From positions 1 through 64,000 of the forward strand of contig CAYTYR010000002.1 of NCBI GenBank assembly GCA_964441745.1: a stretch of DNA of 64,000 nt. Reading direction: 5' to 3'. How positions within the stretch are numbered: the first letter of the stretch is position 1; the number at the start of each line of letters is the position of its first letter. Source of the DNA: an uncultured Clostridia bacterium. GTDB lineage: Bacteria > CAYTYR01 > UBA6262. Of the stretch, positions 19,289 to 29,531 are shown one piece after another. The notes under the pieces were generated by a model, which saw nothing but the letters and a program-made list of their open reading frames with translations, searched no databases and was not told where the DNA came from. A program made the position numbers and the translations under genes.

Positions 19289-19852
19289 ATGAATAAAATA
19301 TACTTGATCATAATAGCCACCTTAGTATTATGCTCTTGCGCTTCTACTCCCGGGACTACTACCAGCTCCAACCGGCAGGTCTTGTCAATTTCCGGATATC
19401 CTTCCAAGCCTGACCTGGTCGTATATGAGTATTGCAAAGCTGATGCGTACGGATCCCGGTTAACGGCAGACACCTCAGAGTTAACCTCCAGGTATTATTC
19501 GGTGAATAGTCCTCCTGAGCTGGGCTGGAACTATATCTATCTGATCCGTGATTATAAGATCCAGCAGACCATTGAAAAAGGCGATACGGCCATAGTGTAT
19601 GTGATCTATGATTATATGGCCACCTTAAACATTGATAAGTCTGATGTGTATGTGGAAGATATGCCGTTTCTGGTAGAGTTTAACCTGGTCAAAGAGCGGA
19701 ACTTGTGGAAAATAGCTGCTTTCAAAACCTTACCCTGCGTTTACAAGGAAACAGCGCTGGCTTATTTAAAGGAAAGATTTAAAGGAGCCAGCAGCCAGAA
19801 TCAGGAAGACGCCATGCTCTCCCTCATCCAAAAGGTAAAGTCGCTGGAATAA
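19289..19852 (+). CDS. Hypothetical lipoprotein
   Basis: Signal peptide with lipobox (LCSC); GAGG RBS. Confidence 0.7.
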   Translation: MNKIYLIIIATLVLCSCASTPGTTTSSNRQVLSISGYPSKPDLVVYEYCKADAYGSRLTADTSELTSRYYSVNSPPELGWNYIYLIRDYKIQQTIEKGDTAIVYVIYDYMATLNIDKSDVYVEDMPFLVEFNLVKERNLWKIAAFKTLPCVYKETALAYLKERFKGASSQNQEDAMLSLIQKVKSLE

Positions 19853-19855
19853 ACG

Positions 19856-19868
19856 CCCGCCGGGCAGG
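19856..19868 (-). mobile_element. Minimal CCTG-hairpin micro-element
   Basis: Minus strand CCTG-CCCG-G-CGGG, the same architecture as the longer copies. Confidence 0.35.
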
Positions 19869-19891
19869 TACTAATAAATGATAGGCAGGTC

Positions 19892-19924
19892 AGTCAGGGT
19901 GAGAATATTTTTCCCTGACTTTTT
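19892..19924 (+). terminator. Rho-independent terminator
   Basis: AGTCAGGG/CCCTGACT stem followed by a T run. Confidence 0.65.
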
Positions 19925-19947
19925 GTTTTAGTAGGGAAATTGAAGGT

Positions 19948-20040
19948 TATCAGGAAATCAGAATATCAGGTAGTACGTCCTGATACCCTGATAATCTGAT
20001 AATCTGATACTCTTCACCCTGATCTTCTGATGTCCTGATA
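19948..20040. repeat. ATCAG/CTGAT inverted short-period array (family A)
   Basis: About 8-bp ATCAG(G) units followed by CTGAT units; recurs at 27131 and 51251. Confidence 0.7.
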
Positions 20041-20082
20041 TTCGATTTAATATCTCACAACTCAAGGAGGCTTGACTGAACA

Positions 20083-21288
20083 ATGATCCCAGAAAATGTA
20101 ATGAAATCTCTGGCGGTGAAAACAAATTCCAAAATTGTGCTCTTGATCATGGATGGCGTAGGCGGGTTGCCTCTTAACGGTAAAACCGAATTAGAAACAG
20201 CGCGTAAACCAAATTTGGATAAATTAGCCCAGGATTCCATCGGGGGCTTGACTGATCCGATCAATCCAGGGATCACGCCGGGCAGCGGACCATCACATTT
20301 GGCGATCTTTGGTTATGATCCTTTAAAATTTGATATTGGCCGCGGCGTACTGGAAGCGGCCGGGATCGGTTTTGAGTTGACTGGCCGTGACCTGGCGGCG
20401 CGGGGTAATTTCGCGACGATGAATGATGACCAGGTGATCACTGACCGGAGAGCTGGCCGTATCCCCACCGCCAAAAACGAGCAGATCTGTGCTGAACTGC
20501 AGAGCAAGATCAAAAAAATTGATGGGGTGGAAGTCTTTATCCGGCCGGGCAAGGAACACCGTTTCGTGATTATTTTCCGTGGCGATGGATTACAGGGACC
20601 TTTGACTGATGCCGATCCCCAGAAAGAAGGTTTGAAAATCAAGTTTACGGAAGCGTCAACTCCGGAGAGCAAGAAAGCCAGTGATATTGTCAATAAGTTT
20701 ATCAAGGAAGCTAATATCATTCTCCAAAGCCATCATCCGGCCAATACTGTGCTCTTGCGCGGGATTGCCAAAGTACCGCACATCCCTTCGATGACCGAAC
20801 TATTCAAGCTCAACCCAGCCTGCATCGCCACCTATCCCATGTATAAAGGATTAGCCAGCCTGGTGGGCATGAAAATATTGCCGGTCGGAGATACGATCGC
20901 CTCTGAATTCCAAACACTCAAAGAACAATGGGATAATTACGATTTCTTCTATGTGCATATCAAGAAGACAGATTCTTACGGTGAAGACGGTAATTTCGAG
21001 AACAAAGTTCACATCATTGAAGAACTGGATGCCTGCCTGCCCCAATTGCTGGAATTAAAACCAGCGGTCATTGCTGTGACCGGTGATCATTCCACTCCGG
21101 CCGTCATGAAAGGGCATTCCTGGCATCCTAACCCTTTCATCCTGTACTCGGCCTATGAAAGAAAAGACCATTTGAAAGCTTTTACTGAAAACGAATGTGC
21201 CCACGGGATCATCGGCCGCTTCCCGGCCTGTGACGCGATGCAGCTGCTGCTGGCCAATGCCTTGAAACTCAATAAGTTCGGCGCTTAA
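20083..21288 (+). CDS. apgM: Cofactor-independent phosphoglycerate mutase (ApgM type)
   Basis: DGVGG, TPGSGPSHLAIFGYDP, GRG, ARGNF, TGDHSTP, HSWHP. Confidence 0.9.
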   Translation: MIPENVMKSLAVKTNSKIVLLIMDGVGGLPLNGKTELETARKPNLDKLAQDSIGGLTDPINPGITPGSGPSHLAIFGYDPLKFDIGRGVLEAAGIGFELTGRDLAARGNFATMNDDQVITDRRAGRIPTAKNEQICAELQSKIKKIDGVEVFIRPGKEHRFVIIFRGDGLQGPLTDADPQKEGLKIKFTEASTPESKKASDIVNKFIKEANIILQSHHPANTVLLRGIAKVPHIPSMTELFKLNPACIATYPMYKGLASLVGMKILPVGDTIASEFQTLKEQWDNYDFFYVHIKKTDSYGEDGNFENKVHIIEELDACLPQLLELKPAVIAVTGDHSTPAVMKGHSWHPNPFILYSAYERKDHLKAFTENECAHGIIGRFPACDAMQLLLANALKLNKFGA

Positions 21289-21289
21289 T

Positions 21290-21802
21290 ATGAAAAAAGT
21301 ATTAATGGTCATCGCTCATGAAATATTCCGCGATGAAGAGTACCTGCAACCTAAAAAAATATTGGAAACTGCCGGAATTAAAGTGATCACCGCGTCCAGC
21401 AGCCTGGAGCCCGCTACCGGTAAGCTTGGCACAATAGTCCATCCTGATGTCCTGGTGCAGGAAAGCCGGGCGGCAGAATATGACGCCATAGTTTTTATTG
21501 GCGGCAGCGGCTCCCGGAATTATTTCCATGATCCGGCGGCACATGCTTTAGCCAAAGAAGCGGTGGAGAGAGAAAAGTTACTGGCCGCTATTTGCAGCGC
21601 TGCTGGGATCTTAGCCCAGGCTGATGTGATCAAAGGGAAAGAAGTGACCAGTTATCCGGCTGAAGCAGAAATGATCGAACAGCATGGCGCTCATTATACC
21701 GGCAAAGATGTGGAAATTGACGGCCGCTTGATCACGGCCAATGGTCCGGCGGCGGCGGCAGATTTTGGCCGGGCGATCAGGAAGAAATTATTGAAAGAAT
21801 AG
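21290..21802 (+). CDS. DJ-1/PfpI family protein
   Basis: FRDEE, YDAIVFIGG, AAIC, ITANGP. Confidence 0.88.
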   Translation: MKKVLMVIAHEIFRDEEYLQPKKILETAGIKVITASSSLEPATGKLGTIVHPDVLVQESRAAEYDAIVFIGGSGSRNYFHDPAAHALAKEAVEREKLLAAICSAAGILAQADVIKGKEVTSYPAEAEMIEQHGAHYTGKDVEIDGRLITANGPAAAADFGRAIRKKLLKE

Positions 21803-21807
21803 AAATA

Positions 21808-24009
21808 ATGATCTGGAATCTTAATCTTTTTGCTGCTGGTTTTACCGCGCTTATTACCCAGACTCTCTTAGTCCGGGAGATGGTTAATGTATTCAGCGGC
21901 AATGTTTTTTCCCTGGGCCTCATTTTCGCGGGATGGCTTTTATGGGTGGCCGGCGGCAGTTATCTCTCCGGAAAATTTTCCCGCCGTCTTGAACAAAATC
22001 CAAACATGTATATTATTGGCCAGGGTTTAGCGCTTTTAATCCTGCCGCTGGAAATAATCCTGATCCGGGCCTTGCGTTTACTGCTCCAGATCCCGCCAGG
22101 TCAGCTCATTGGTTTTTCACCCTTGCTCTTGAGCGCGTTGCTGGCCACGGCCCCGCTCGCTTTTCTGGTGGGCTGGCAGTTTTCCCTGGCTTGCCGTCTC
22201 CTGCCGTCTGTCTCCCTGGTGTATCGCCTTGATGTGCTCGGCAGTCTGGTTGGCGGGCTTATCCTGAGTTTGTGGCTGACCCGATCCCAGAGTCCTTTTT
22301 TTATTATTTTTACGGTTATTTGTCTTAATTTGGTAATGCTTTTTTTATTATGGCAAATTACCGGGGAGAAAAAGCGCCCCTGGCTTTTTACGGCGCTCAT
22401 CATCAGCTTGATCCTGGCTCTAGGCCTGGTTTTCAGCGGCCAGTTGCCCCTGCTGGAACAATGCACTCAGCGTTTAAACTGGCCTAAAACAATTGTGCGT
22501 GATTCTGCCGTCTCACGCTATGCCCACTATGCGGTCACCGGAGAAGGGGACCTGCGTAATTTTTATGTTAATGGTTTATTAAGTTATTCCAATCCTGATC
22601 TTACCGGCAGTCAGATGCTGGCTCACCTGGCCATGCTGGAAACCCCTCAACCCAAGCGAATTCTGGTTATCGGCGGGGGCTTTAATGGTCTGCTCAAGGA
22701 AATCCTTAAATACCCTGTCTCTGAAGTTTATTATAGCGAATTAGATCAGATCCTGGTCCAGCTGGCCCAGGACCATATTATTACTGAAGATCGCCAGGCT
22801 TTATATGATTTCCGGGTCATACTGCTCAATACTGACGGCCGCTTGTTCCTGCGGGAAAGCGCTGCCGGTAAATTTGATGCTATTATCGTGAATGCCGGGA
22901 ATCCACTGACTGCCGAGGTAAACCGTTTTTATACCACTGAATTCTTTCTGGCTGCCCGGAAGAAACTGACCCGGGCCGGGGTAGTGATCCTGGGCGTTGA
23001 TTCCAATGAAAATTACCTGAGTCCTGAATTGCGTAATTATAATGGCTGTCTTTACTGGACCTTAAAAAGTGTTTTTACTAAAGTGATAGCCGTACCCGGT
23101 GAAACAATGTATCTCGCCGCTTCTTCCAGTGATTCTTATCTCAGCGATAATGCGCAGGTATTGACTGAACGGTTACAGGAACGTGCTGTAACCGCCCAGT
23201 ATTTTGCCGCGACCATTCCTTATCTGCTGACGGCGGAAAAAATTGGGTTTACCCTGACGGCGCTGGAAGATTATCCGGCCCAAAAATTGAACCATGATTT
23301 TGCGCCGATCAGTTATTACCATAATATTATCCTGTGGGGTAAACAGTTCCAATCTGCCTGGCCCGGAATATTGTGGTCGGCCATGCAATGGAAATGGTGG
23401 CGCTGGTTATTAATCTTTGGCCTGCTGGTTTTGTCCGGCTGGCTGATTATCCGGAAAAATTCATTTGTTCTCTTGCCGACCCAGGTTTTTATCGCCGGCC
23501 TCGCCGGTATGGCGGTGGAAATGGTCCTGATCTTGTCCTGTCAGATCATGGTTGGCTATGTCTATCATCTTTTGGGGATCGTCCTGGCCTGTTTTATGTT
23601 AGGACTGGCTTTAGGATCCAGGATCAGTAATCGCTTCAATTCATCACCTGATCAGTGGTTTCCGGTCTTGTTAAAGGTGATGGCCTTGTTTGGCTTATTC
23701 ATTATGGCGTTACCGGTAATATTGACACTGCTCTCTACGATAGCCTGGACTCCCGCGCTCGTTATCTCTATTTTAATGCTCACGATCATGGATGGCTTGT
23801 GGGTCGGGATGGTTTTCCCGTTAAGTTGTTTGATTAAACCCCGGCCCGGCTTGTTTTACGCCATGGACCTGTTAGGCGCTGGCGTGGGTACGATTGTGGT
23901 TAACCTGATGCTTATTCCCTTATTAGGAGTGTTTGGCGCCTGTTATAGCTTAGGCGCTTTGGTTTTGTCTGCCGCGGTCATTGGTTTTTGTTACTTTAAG
24001 GTTGCCTAA
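21808..24009 (+). CDS. Membrane-bound spermidine synthase-like protein (fused MFS/SpeE)
   Basis: TM blocks at both ends; ILVIGGG, ELD, DGRLFL, FDAIIVN, NRFYTTEFF. Confidence 0.8.
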   Translation: MIWNLNLFAAGFTALITQTLLVREMVNVFSGNVFSLGLIFAGWLLWVAGGSYLSGKFSRRLEQNPNMYIIGQGLALLILPLEIILIRALRLLLQIPPGQLIGFSPLLLSALLATAPLAFLVGWQFSLACRLLPSVSLVYRLDVLGSLVGGLILSLWLTRSQSPFFIIFTVICLNLVMLFLLWQITGEKKRPWLFTALIISLILALGLVFSGQLPLLEQCTQRLNWPKTIVRDSAVSRYAHYAVTGEGDLRNFYVNGLLSYSNPDLTGSQMLAHLAMLETPQPKRILVIGGGFNGLLKEILKYPVSEVYYSELDQILVQLAQDHIITEDRQALYDFRVILLNTDGRLFLRESAAGKFDAIIVNAGNPLTAEVNRFYTTEFFLAARKKLTRAGVVILGVDSNENYLSPELRNYNGCLYWTLKSVFTKVIAVPGETMYLAASSSDSYLSDNAQVLTERLQERAVTAQYFAATIPYLLTAEKIGFTLTALEDYPAQKLNHDFAPISYYHNIILWGKQFQSAWPGILWSAMQWKWWRWLLIFGLLVLSGWLIIRKNSFVLLPTQVFIAGLAGMAVEMVLILSCQIMVGYVYHLLGIVLACFMLGLALGSRISNRFNSSPDQWFPVLLKVMALFGLFIMALPVILTLLSTIAWTPALVISILMLTIMDGLWVGMVFPLSCLIKPRPGLFYAMDLLGAGVGTIVVNLMLIPLLGVFGACYSLGALVLSAAVIGFCYFKVA

Positions 24010-24064
24010 TAGACGCTAGATGTGATATATTATAAAATATTAGCAGCTCAAACAGGGAGGCGTT

Positions 24065-24280
24065 ATGTCCTCGAAAAAAGGATGTTTTGTTATCCGCAAG
24101 GGGAAGTTTTTCTGGGTGCAGTTAGTGATGAGCCATTCGGATATGGGTGGTAAAGAGTATTACATAGCTTACGGACAGTACATTAATGAAAAAGAAGCCC
24201 GTAAAATCTGCCAGAAACAGAATCGTTTTGCTCTCTGCATTGATTGCCAGTGGAAGAAAAAAGCTCTCTGCCAGATTTAG
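24065..24280 (+). CDS. Small hypothetical protein
   Basis: GGGAGG RBS and a TAGACG-N17-TAAAAT promoter (24010-24038). Confidence 0.55.
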   Translation: MSSKKGCFVIRKGKFFWVQLVMSHSDMGGKEYYIAYGQYINEKEARKICQKQNRFALCIDCQWKKKALCQI

Positions 24281-24318
24281 CCTCGGTGCGGGGAAGGATA
24301 GTAGGAGGATATAACTTC

Positions 24319-25242
24319 GTGCAAATTAAAGATTTGATCTCAATTTTAGATTTATCAGTAGCGGAAATTGAAGAAGTCTTCGCCACCGCTGCGATGTTGA
24401 AGGAAAAGCAGAAAAAGGGAGAGGAATATGCTCCTTTAAAAGGCAAAAGCCTGGCCATGATCTTTGCCAAGTCTTCTACCCGGACCCGGGTATCTTTTGA
24501 GGTAGGGATGCTGCAATTGGGCGGCCATGCGCTTTTTATGAGTACCCAGGATATGCAGTTAAAACGGGGAGAATCGATCCATGATACGGCGAAAACACTT
24601 TCTCGTTATGTCGATGGCATAATGATGCGCACTTATAGTCATAAGGATGTCCTGGAGATGGCTGAACATGCCACTATCCCGGTCATTAATGGTTTAACTG
24701 ACCTGTCTCATCCTTGCCAGGCGCTAACTGATATTTTCACTATTATTGAAAAAAAGGGGAAGGCCACTGGCTTAAAGATCGTTTATCTTGGCGATGGCGA
24801 TAATGTAGCTCATTCACTGGCCATTATCGCGGGTAAGCTGGGACTGCACATGGTCTTATGTGTCCCGCCGGGATATGAACCGGATAAAGGGATTATCAAG
24901 GAAGCGCAAGGATTAGCTGCCAGTTCCGGAGCCAAGCTCGAATTAAACAATGATCCGCAATCTGCCGCTGCCGACGCCGATATACTGTATACTGATGTCT
25001 GGACCAGCATGGGCAAGGAACAGGAACGGGAAGAGCGGCTAAGAATATTTAAACCCTACCAGTTAAATAACCGGCTCTTAGCCAAAGCCAAACCAGATTG
25101 CATGGTTATGCACTGCCTGCCAGCGCACCGGGGCGAAGAGATCACTGATGAAGTGATGGCCAGCCAGCAGAATATTTCTTTTGACCAGGCTGAAAACCGG
25201 TTGCATGTGCAAAAAGCCATACTCGCCTTATTATTAAAATAA
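24319..25242 (+). CDS. argF: Ornithine carbamoyltransferase
   Basis: SSTRTR, HPCQ, GDGDN, TDVWTSMG, HCLP; GTG start after AGGAGG. Confidence 0.95.
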   Translation: MQIKDLISILDLSVAEIEEVFATAAMLKEKQKKGEEYAPLKGKSLAMIFAKSSTRTRVSFEVGMLQLGGHALFMSTQDMQLKRGESIHDTAKTLSRYVDGIMMRTYSHKDVLEMAEHATIPVINGLTDLSHPCQALTDIFTIIEKKGKATGLKIVYLGDGDNVAHSLAIIAGKLGLHMVLCVPPGYEPDKGIIKEAQGLAASSGAKLELNNDPQSAAADADILYTDVWTSMGKEQEREERLRIFKPYQLNNRLLAKAKPDCMVMHCLPAHRGEEITDEVMASQQNISFDQAENRLHVQKAILALLLK

Positions 25243-25272
25243 TTTTTATTACACTTAAATACGGGAGGAATT

Positions 25273-25866
25273 ATGAAGAAAGTATTGATCGTCTTAGCCA
25301 TAATTATAGGTCTATTAGTTCTGTTGGGCTTGGCCATAGCCGGCAAATATAACAGCCTGGTCAAGCAAGAAGAAGCGGTTAAGACTGCCTGGGCCCAGGT
25401 AGAAAATGTCTATCAGCGCAGGCTTGACTTGATCCCTAACCTGGTGGAAACAGTTAAAGGATATGCCAAGCATGAAAAAGACGTATTTATTGAAGTTACT
25501 GCGGCCAGGGCCGGGGTCGGACAAGTGAAAGTTGATGCCGGACTGTTCAATGACCCGGCAGCAATGCAATCTTTTCAAAAAGCCCAGGCCAGTCTGAGCG
25601 GCGCTTTAAGCCGGTTACTGGCTGTGGCTGAAAATTACCCGACTTTAAAAGCCAATGAAAATTTCCTGGCTTTACAAAGCCAGTTAGAAGGGACCGAGAA
25701 CCGGATTGCGGTTGAGCGCAAACGGTTTAATGATATGGCCCAAGCCTTCAATACCAGCATCAGGCAATTCCCGACCAATTTTATTGCCGGGATGTTTGGC
25801 TTTAAGAACAAAGCTTATTTTGAAAGCGAACCGGCAGCAGCCAAAGCGCCAGCAGTGAAGTTCTAA
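25273..25866 (+). CDS. lemA: LemA family protein
   Basis: YQRRLDLIPNLV, ENYPTLKANENF, LEGTENRI. Confidence 0.95.
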   Translation: MKKVLIVLAIIIGLLVLLGLAIAGKYNSLVKQEEAVKTAWAQVENVYQRRLDLIPNLVETVKGYAKHEKDVFIEVTAARAGVGQVKVDAGLFNDPAAMQSFQKAQASLSGALSRLLAVAENYPTLKANENFLALQSQLEGTENRIAVERKRFNDMAQAFNTSIRQFPTNFIAGMFGFKNKAYFESEPAAAKAPAVKF

Positions 25867-25867
25867 A

Positions 25868-25944
25868 CAGTGATAGAGAGTGGTAGAGTGGTAGAGTGGT
25901 AAGTGGTAAGTGGTAAGTGGTAAAGTGATAGAGTGATAGAGTGA
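25868..25944 (+). repeat. AGTGRTA(G) 7-8 bp tandem array (family D)
   Basis: About 10 units of AGTGGTA/AGTGATAG; a shorter array lies at 44578-44613. Confidence 0.7.
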
Positions 25945-25958
25945 CTTAGGAGAAATGC

Positions 25959-26672
25959 TTGTTTAAAAAATTAGCTTTAATTTTAATTAGTATATTTTGC
26001 CTATCTGTTTCTATCGTCTGGGCGTTGGAAGTGCCGGCAAAACCGGTCAGCCGGGTGAATGACAATGCCGGTATGTTTTCTAGCCAGGCAGTCTTGGAAA
26101 TGTCGGAAACACTGGGTAATTTTGAAGCTCAAAAAGGCATCCAGATAGTTGTAGCTACTTTCCCTTCTCTGGAAGGGGACAGCCTGGAAGATTTTTCCAT
26201 CCGGTTGGCTGAAAAATGGAAGATCGGGCAAAAGGGCCAGGATAACGGCCTGATCATTGTTATTTTCAAAAATGACCGTAAGGTCAGGATGGAAGTAGGC
26301 TACGGCCTGGAAGCAGTCCTGACCGATGCTTTGTGTTCACAAATTATAACCCAAAACATAGTTCCTCATTTTAAGCAGGAAAATTATGATGCCGGTATAA
26401 AATCAGCAGTGACTGCTATCCTCGGTATTCTCAGTGAGGAAAGAAGCGGCCGGGTGGCGCAGTCACAACCGGTAAAAAGTATTACTTTAATTATTATCTT
26501 GATCATTGTTTTTATCGTTATTATAGTTATCAATCTAGGTGGCGGCTCCTGGTTCTCCTTAGGCGGTAACGGTTATGGTGGCGGGGGTTTCAGCGGGGGG
26601 TTTGGCGGGGGCGGCGGCTTTAGCGGTGGCGGCGGGAGTTTTGGCGGAGGAGGATCCAGCGGCGGCTGGTAA
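25959..26672 (+). CDS. TPM domain protein (YgcG-like)
   Basis: Signal peptide, VNDNAG, KWKIGQKGQDNG, EVGYGLE, Gly-rich tail. Confidence 0.9.
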   Translation: MFKKLALILISIFCLSVSIVWALEVPAKPVSRVNDNAGMFSSQAVLEMSETLGNFEAQKGIQIVVATFPSLEGDSLEDFSIRLAEKWKIGQKGQDNGLIIVIFKNDRKVRMEVGYGLEAVLTDALCSQIITQNIVPHFKQENYDAGIKSAVTAILGILSEERSGRVAQSQPVKSITLIIILIIVFIVIIVINLGGGSWFSLGGNGYGGGGFSGGFGGGGGFSGGGGSFGGGGSSGGW

Positions 26673-26680
26673 TTTAATCT

Positions 26681-27127
26681 ATGCGGACTTATAGACCTAA
26701 TAAATTCTTTACTAAGCAAGAAAAAGAAAAGATCGTTGCGGCGATCAAAGAAGCTGAAAAGCAGACCAGCGGTGAGATCAGGGTCCACCTGGAAAAAAAG
26801 ACTCCGGCCCCGGTATTGGAGCGGGCTCAGGAATTATTTTACCAGTTGGGCCTGGATAAGACCGAGCAAAAAAATGGCGTGTTGATCTATCTGGCGATCA
26901 GTGAAAAATTATTTGCCATTATTGGAGATGAAGGCATCAATAAGGTAGTGCCGGCAGGTTTTTGGGATGAGATCAGGAATAAAATGCAGGAGCGTTTCAA
27001 GGACGATAAATTTAGTGAAGGTCTGACAGAGGCTATCCAAAGAGTTGGGGAGAAGCTGAAGGCTTATTTCCCATATCAGGCTGACGACCGGAACGAATGC
27101 CCGGATGAGATTAGCGAGGGAAGATAA
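26681..27127 (+). CDS. TPM domain protein
   Basis: AEKQTSGEIRVH, NGVLIY, GDEGIN; standard lemA-TPM-TPM arrangement. Confidence 0.88.
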   Translation: MRTYRPNKFFTKQEKEKIVAAIKEAEKQTSGEIRVHLEKKTPAPVLERAQELFYQLGLDKTEQKNGVLIYLAISEKLFAIIGDEGINKVVPAGFWDEIRNKMQERFKDDKFSEGLTEAIQRVGEKLKAYFPYQADDRNECPDEISEGR

Positions 27128-27130
27128 AGG

Positions 27131-27258
27131 GTATCAGGATATCCGGAGAACAGGAGATGGGGATCAGATTATCAGGAAGTTAAAGTATTAAGCATTTCCT
27201 GATGTCCTGATTTTCTGATATCCTGTTAACCTGAGCTTTATTAACCTGATACTCTGAT
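27131..27258. repeat. ATCAG/CTGAT inverted array (family A)
   Basis: ATCAGG-like units followed by CCTGAT-like units. Confidence 0.7.
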
Positions 27259-27295
27259 GGCCGTAATTAAAAAAAGGAAAGGGAATTTACCATTT

Positions 27296-28087
27296 ATGAA
27301 AGTTTCTCCGCTGCTGGAAAAAGTACGTAAACAAAAGCCCGTAGTCCATCACCTGACTAATTGGGTTACTATTTATGATTGCGCGGCTATTGTCAAATCT
27401 TTTGGCGCTTCCCCGGTCATGGCCCATGCTCCCGAGGAAGTCGCGGATATGGCGAAGATCGCTTCTGCCCTGGTCTTGAACATTGGTACCTTAACATCTG
27501 ATTTTATTGAAGCAATGAAACTGGCCGCGATTAGCGCTAACAGCAAGGGAATCCCAGTCATATTAGATGTCTGCGGCGCCGGAGCCACTCCTTTCCGGGA
27601 TATTAAGTGTTTTGAATTATTGGATCAGGTGCGTATTAATATTATTAAAGGCAATGCTTCAGAAATAGCGAAGATTGCCGGGGAAAATGTGCAGACCAAA
27701 GGCGTCGATGCTGGGAAAGTTGAAAAAAACCTGATCAGTGTAGCCCAGGCCTTGGCTAAAAACAGGAAAGCTACCGTAGTCATTACCGGTAAAGAAGATA
27801 TCATAGCAGACCAGGATAAAATATTTGTAGTCAGGAACGGCGATGAGATAATGACCCAGGTAGTTGGTACTGGTTGCATGGCTGCTTCAGTCATAGGAAC
27901 TTTTGCCGCGGTCCATAATGATTGGGCAGAAGCAGCTGCGGCCGGGTTAGCTTGCTATGAAATTGGGGCTGAACTGGCAGTGAAAAAAGCCCTGGGATCC
28001 GCTGACTTCAAGGTCAGGATGTTTGATGCTATTTTCAAGCTCAACGGCAAAACAGCTGATCTTAAACAAAGAATAGTAAAAAAGTGA
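27296..28087 (+). CDS. thiM: Hydroxyethylthiazole kinase
   Basis: PVVHHLTN, GASPVMA, LNIGT, KGNASEI, GTGC. Confidence 0.93.
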   Translation: MKVSPLLEKVRKQKPVVHHLTNWVTIYDCAAIVKSFGASPVMAHAPEEVADMAKIASALVLNIGTLTSDFIEAMKLAAISANSKGIPVILDVCGAGATPFRDIKCFELLDQVRINIIKGNASEIAKIAGENVQTKGVDAGKVEKNLISVAQALAKNRKATVVITGKEDIIADQDKIFVVRNGDEIMTQVVGTGCMAASVIGTFAAVHNDWAEAAAAGLACYEIGAELAVKKALGSADFKVRMFDAIFKLNGKTADLKQRIVKK

Positions 28088-28155
28088 ACCCCGCTCTTCC
28101 TATATAATTAAGCCAAATATCAGCCAGATAATTTTTTTAAAAGAAGGAAGTAACT

Positions 28156-28521
28156 ATGGATTTATGGTCAAAAGAAGTAGAAAAGAAATTTTTTAAAGAC
28201 TCCTTTAGATTTGCCTCTCCCGAACAAGTCTTTTATGTTTCTAATGACAAAAGATATTTAGCCTATTGGCCCAAAAGTTATAAAGGGACCAAGTCAACTC
28301 TACAAAGTCGTAATTCTCTAATCGGAAAATTTACTGAAAAATGGACAGCTGATCTAATTCGAGAAACTATTTCAGATAAGAAACTATTTGCTGTTCAAGG
28401 GGCAAGATGTGAAGAAATAGCTTTAACAGATATGTCCCCTGCAGATGTTGTTATTTATAAAAACAAAATATGTAATCCGGAAACCACAAAATTAATGAAT
28501 AGAGATAACTGTGAAAAATAA
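28156..28521 (+). pseudogene. Probable N-terminal fragment of a type II restriction endonuclease
   Basis: AT-rich; QSRNSLIGKFTEKW..SPADVV resembles the start of a PD-(D/E)XK fold and ends soon after; lies in an islet with an MTase fragment. Confidence 0.45.
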
Positions 28522-28708
28522 ACAATTTGAAGTTAATATTTATTATACAGGTTATTGCAGTTACCAAATCGGGGCGAAAAATAAAAATGAGGCTGTTAAA
28601 AAAGCTAGGAAATTAAAAATCAATGGCAGTAAGATAATAAATAGTCTCGAAAATTGGGAAGATGCCGATACGGCGGAAGAAATGAAATATGAAAAAAGAA
28701 AAAATTAG
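28511..28708 (+). CDS. Small hypothetical protein
   Basis: 65-aa ORF overlapping both neighbours in the AT-rich islet. Confidence 0.5.
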   Translation: MKNKQFEVNIYYTGYCSYQIGAKNKNEAVKKARKLKINGSKIINSLENWEDADTAEEMKYEKRKN

Positions 28709-29531
28709 CATACCTTATAATTACAAAACAATTAAGATAACCAAAAGCAGAATCAATAAAGGATTATTATCTATTCCGGTTTCTTTAGTTGATTATTTCC
28801 CAAAACAAAAGGGTAATATTTATGTGGTAACAGAAATGAATGATAGAGTCAGCGTGAAACATTTTACACCTTATACAAGCAGCAGTCGTGAATGTAGAAT
28901 CGGAGGAATGCGAAAATTTTATGAAAAATATCAAATAAAGGATGGGGACGAGATTGTCGTCCAAATTATGGATGATAATAAGTATAGAATACTTCCGGAA
29001 AAGCAGTTCGAAAATATTGTAATAAAACTTGAAGACGAGTTTGATAACTCACAAAGCGAAGATGGGGCTGGATTAAAGTTGCTGGAGGTATCAAATTTCA
29101 CAGGTTCAAAATTAAATGATACTGCGTTAAATGAATATCATAGACTTTCCGAAAGACGAGTTGAAAAGAGAGAATACAACAAAGTAAGTTTAGTCAGAAG
29201 AAAAGAAAGCGTTCCCGTTTCTCTTAAAAAACTCTTAACTGGAATTTATAATGGAAAGTGTCAAATCACTGGTTTTACTTTTACCATGAAGAATGGTAAG
29301 CCGTATTTTGAAATACATCATATCAAATCAGACTTTGGGAATCATATAAAAAATCTCTTAGTGGTAAGCCCCAATATTCACGCACAATTTACTTATGCTT
29401 TTATTGAAGAGTCTTTTGATCATGAAGGATGGTTAAGACAGGTAAAATTTAATGGGGAAAGTTTTGCAGTTAGACATATTATTGATAAAATCCCTGGAAA
29501 GTTTGAGAAAGAGGTTCATGCTGAAATATGA
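28689..29531 (+). CDS. HNH-type endonuclease with a putative B3-like N-terminal DNA-binding domain
   Basis: CQITG..FEIHHI..NLLVVSPNIHAQF HNH core; beta-rich N-domain ending GDEIVV. Confidence 0.7.
   Translation: MKKEKISIPYNYKTIKITKSRINKGLLSIPVSLVDYFPKQKGNIYVVTEMNDRVSVKHFTPYTSSSRECRIGGMRKFYEKYQIKDGDEIVVQIMDDNKYRILPEKQFENIVIKLEDEFDNSQSEDGAGLKLLEVSNFTGSKLNDTALNEYHRLSERRVEKREYNKVSLVRRKESVPVSLKKLLTGIYNGKCQITGFTFTMKNGKPYFEIHHIKSDFGNHIKNLLVVSPNIHAQFTYAFIEESFDHEGWLRQVKFNGESFAVRHIIDKIPGKFEKEVHAEI

Noticed and set aside
26538-26672. G-rich GGC repeats as a repeat element or G-quadruplex
   Set aside because: They encode the ordinary Gly-rich tail of TPM/YgcG proteins.
27128-27295. TPP riboswitch upstream of thiM
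   Set aside because: No TPP aptamer core is recognisable; the region is explained by the family A array.
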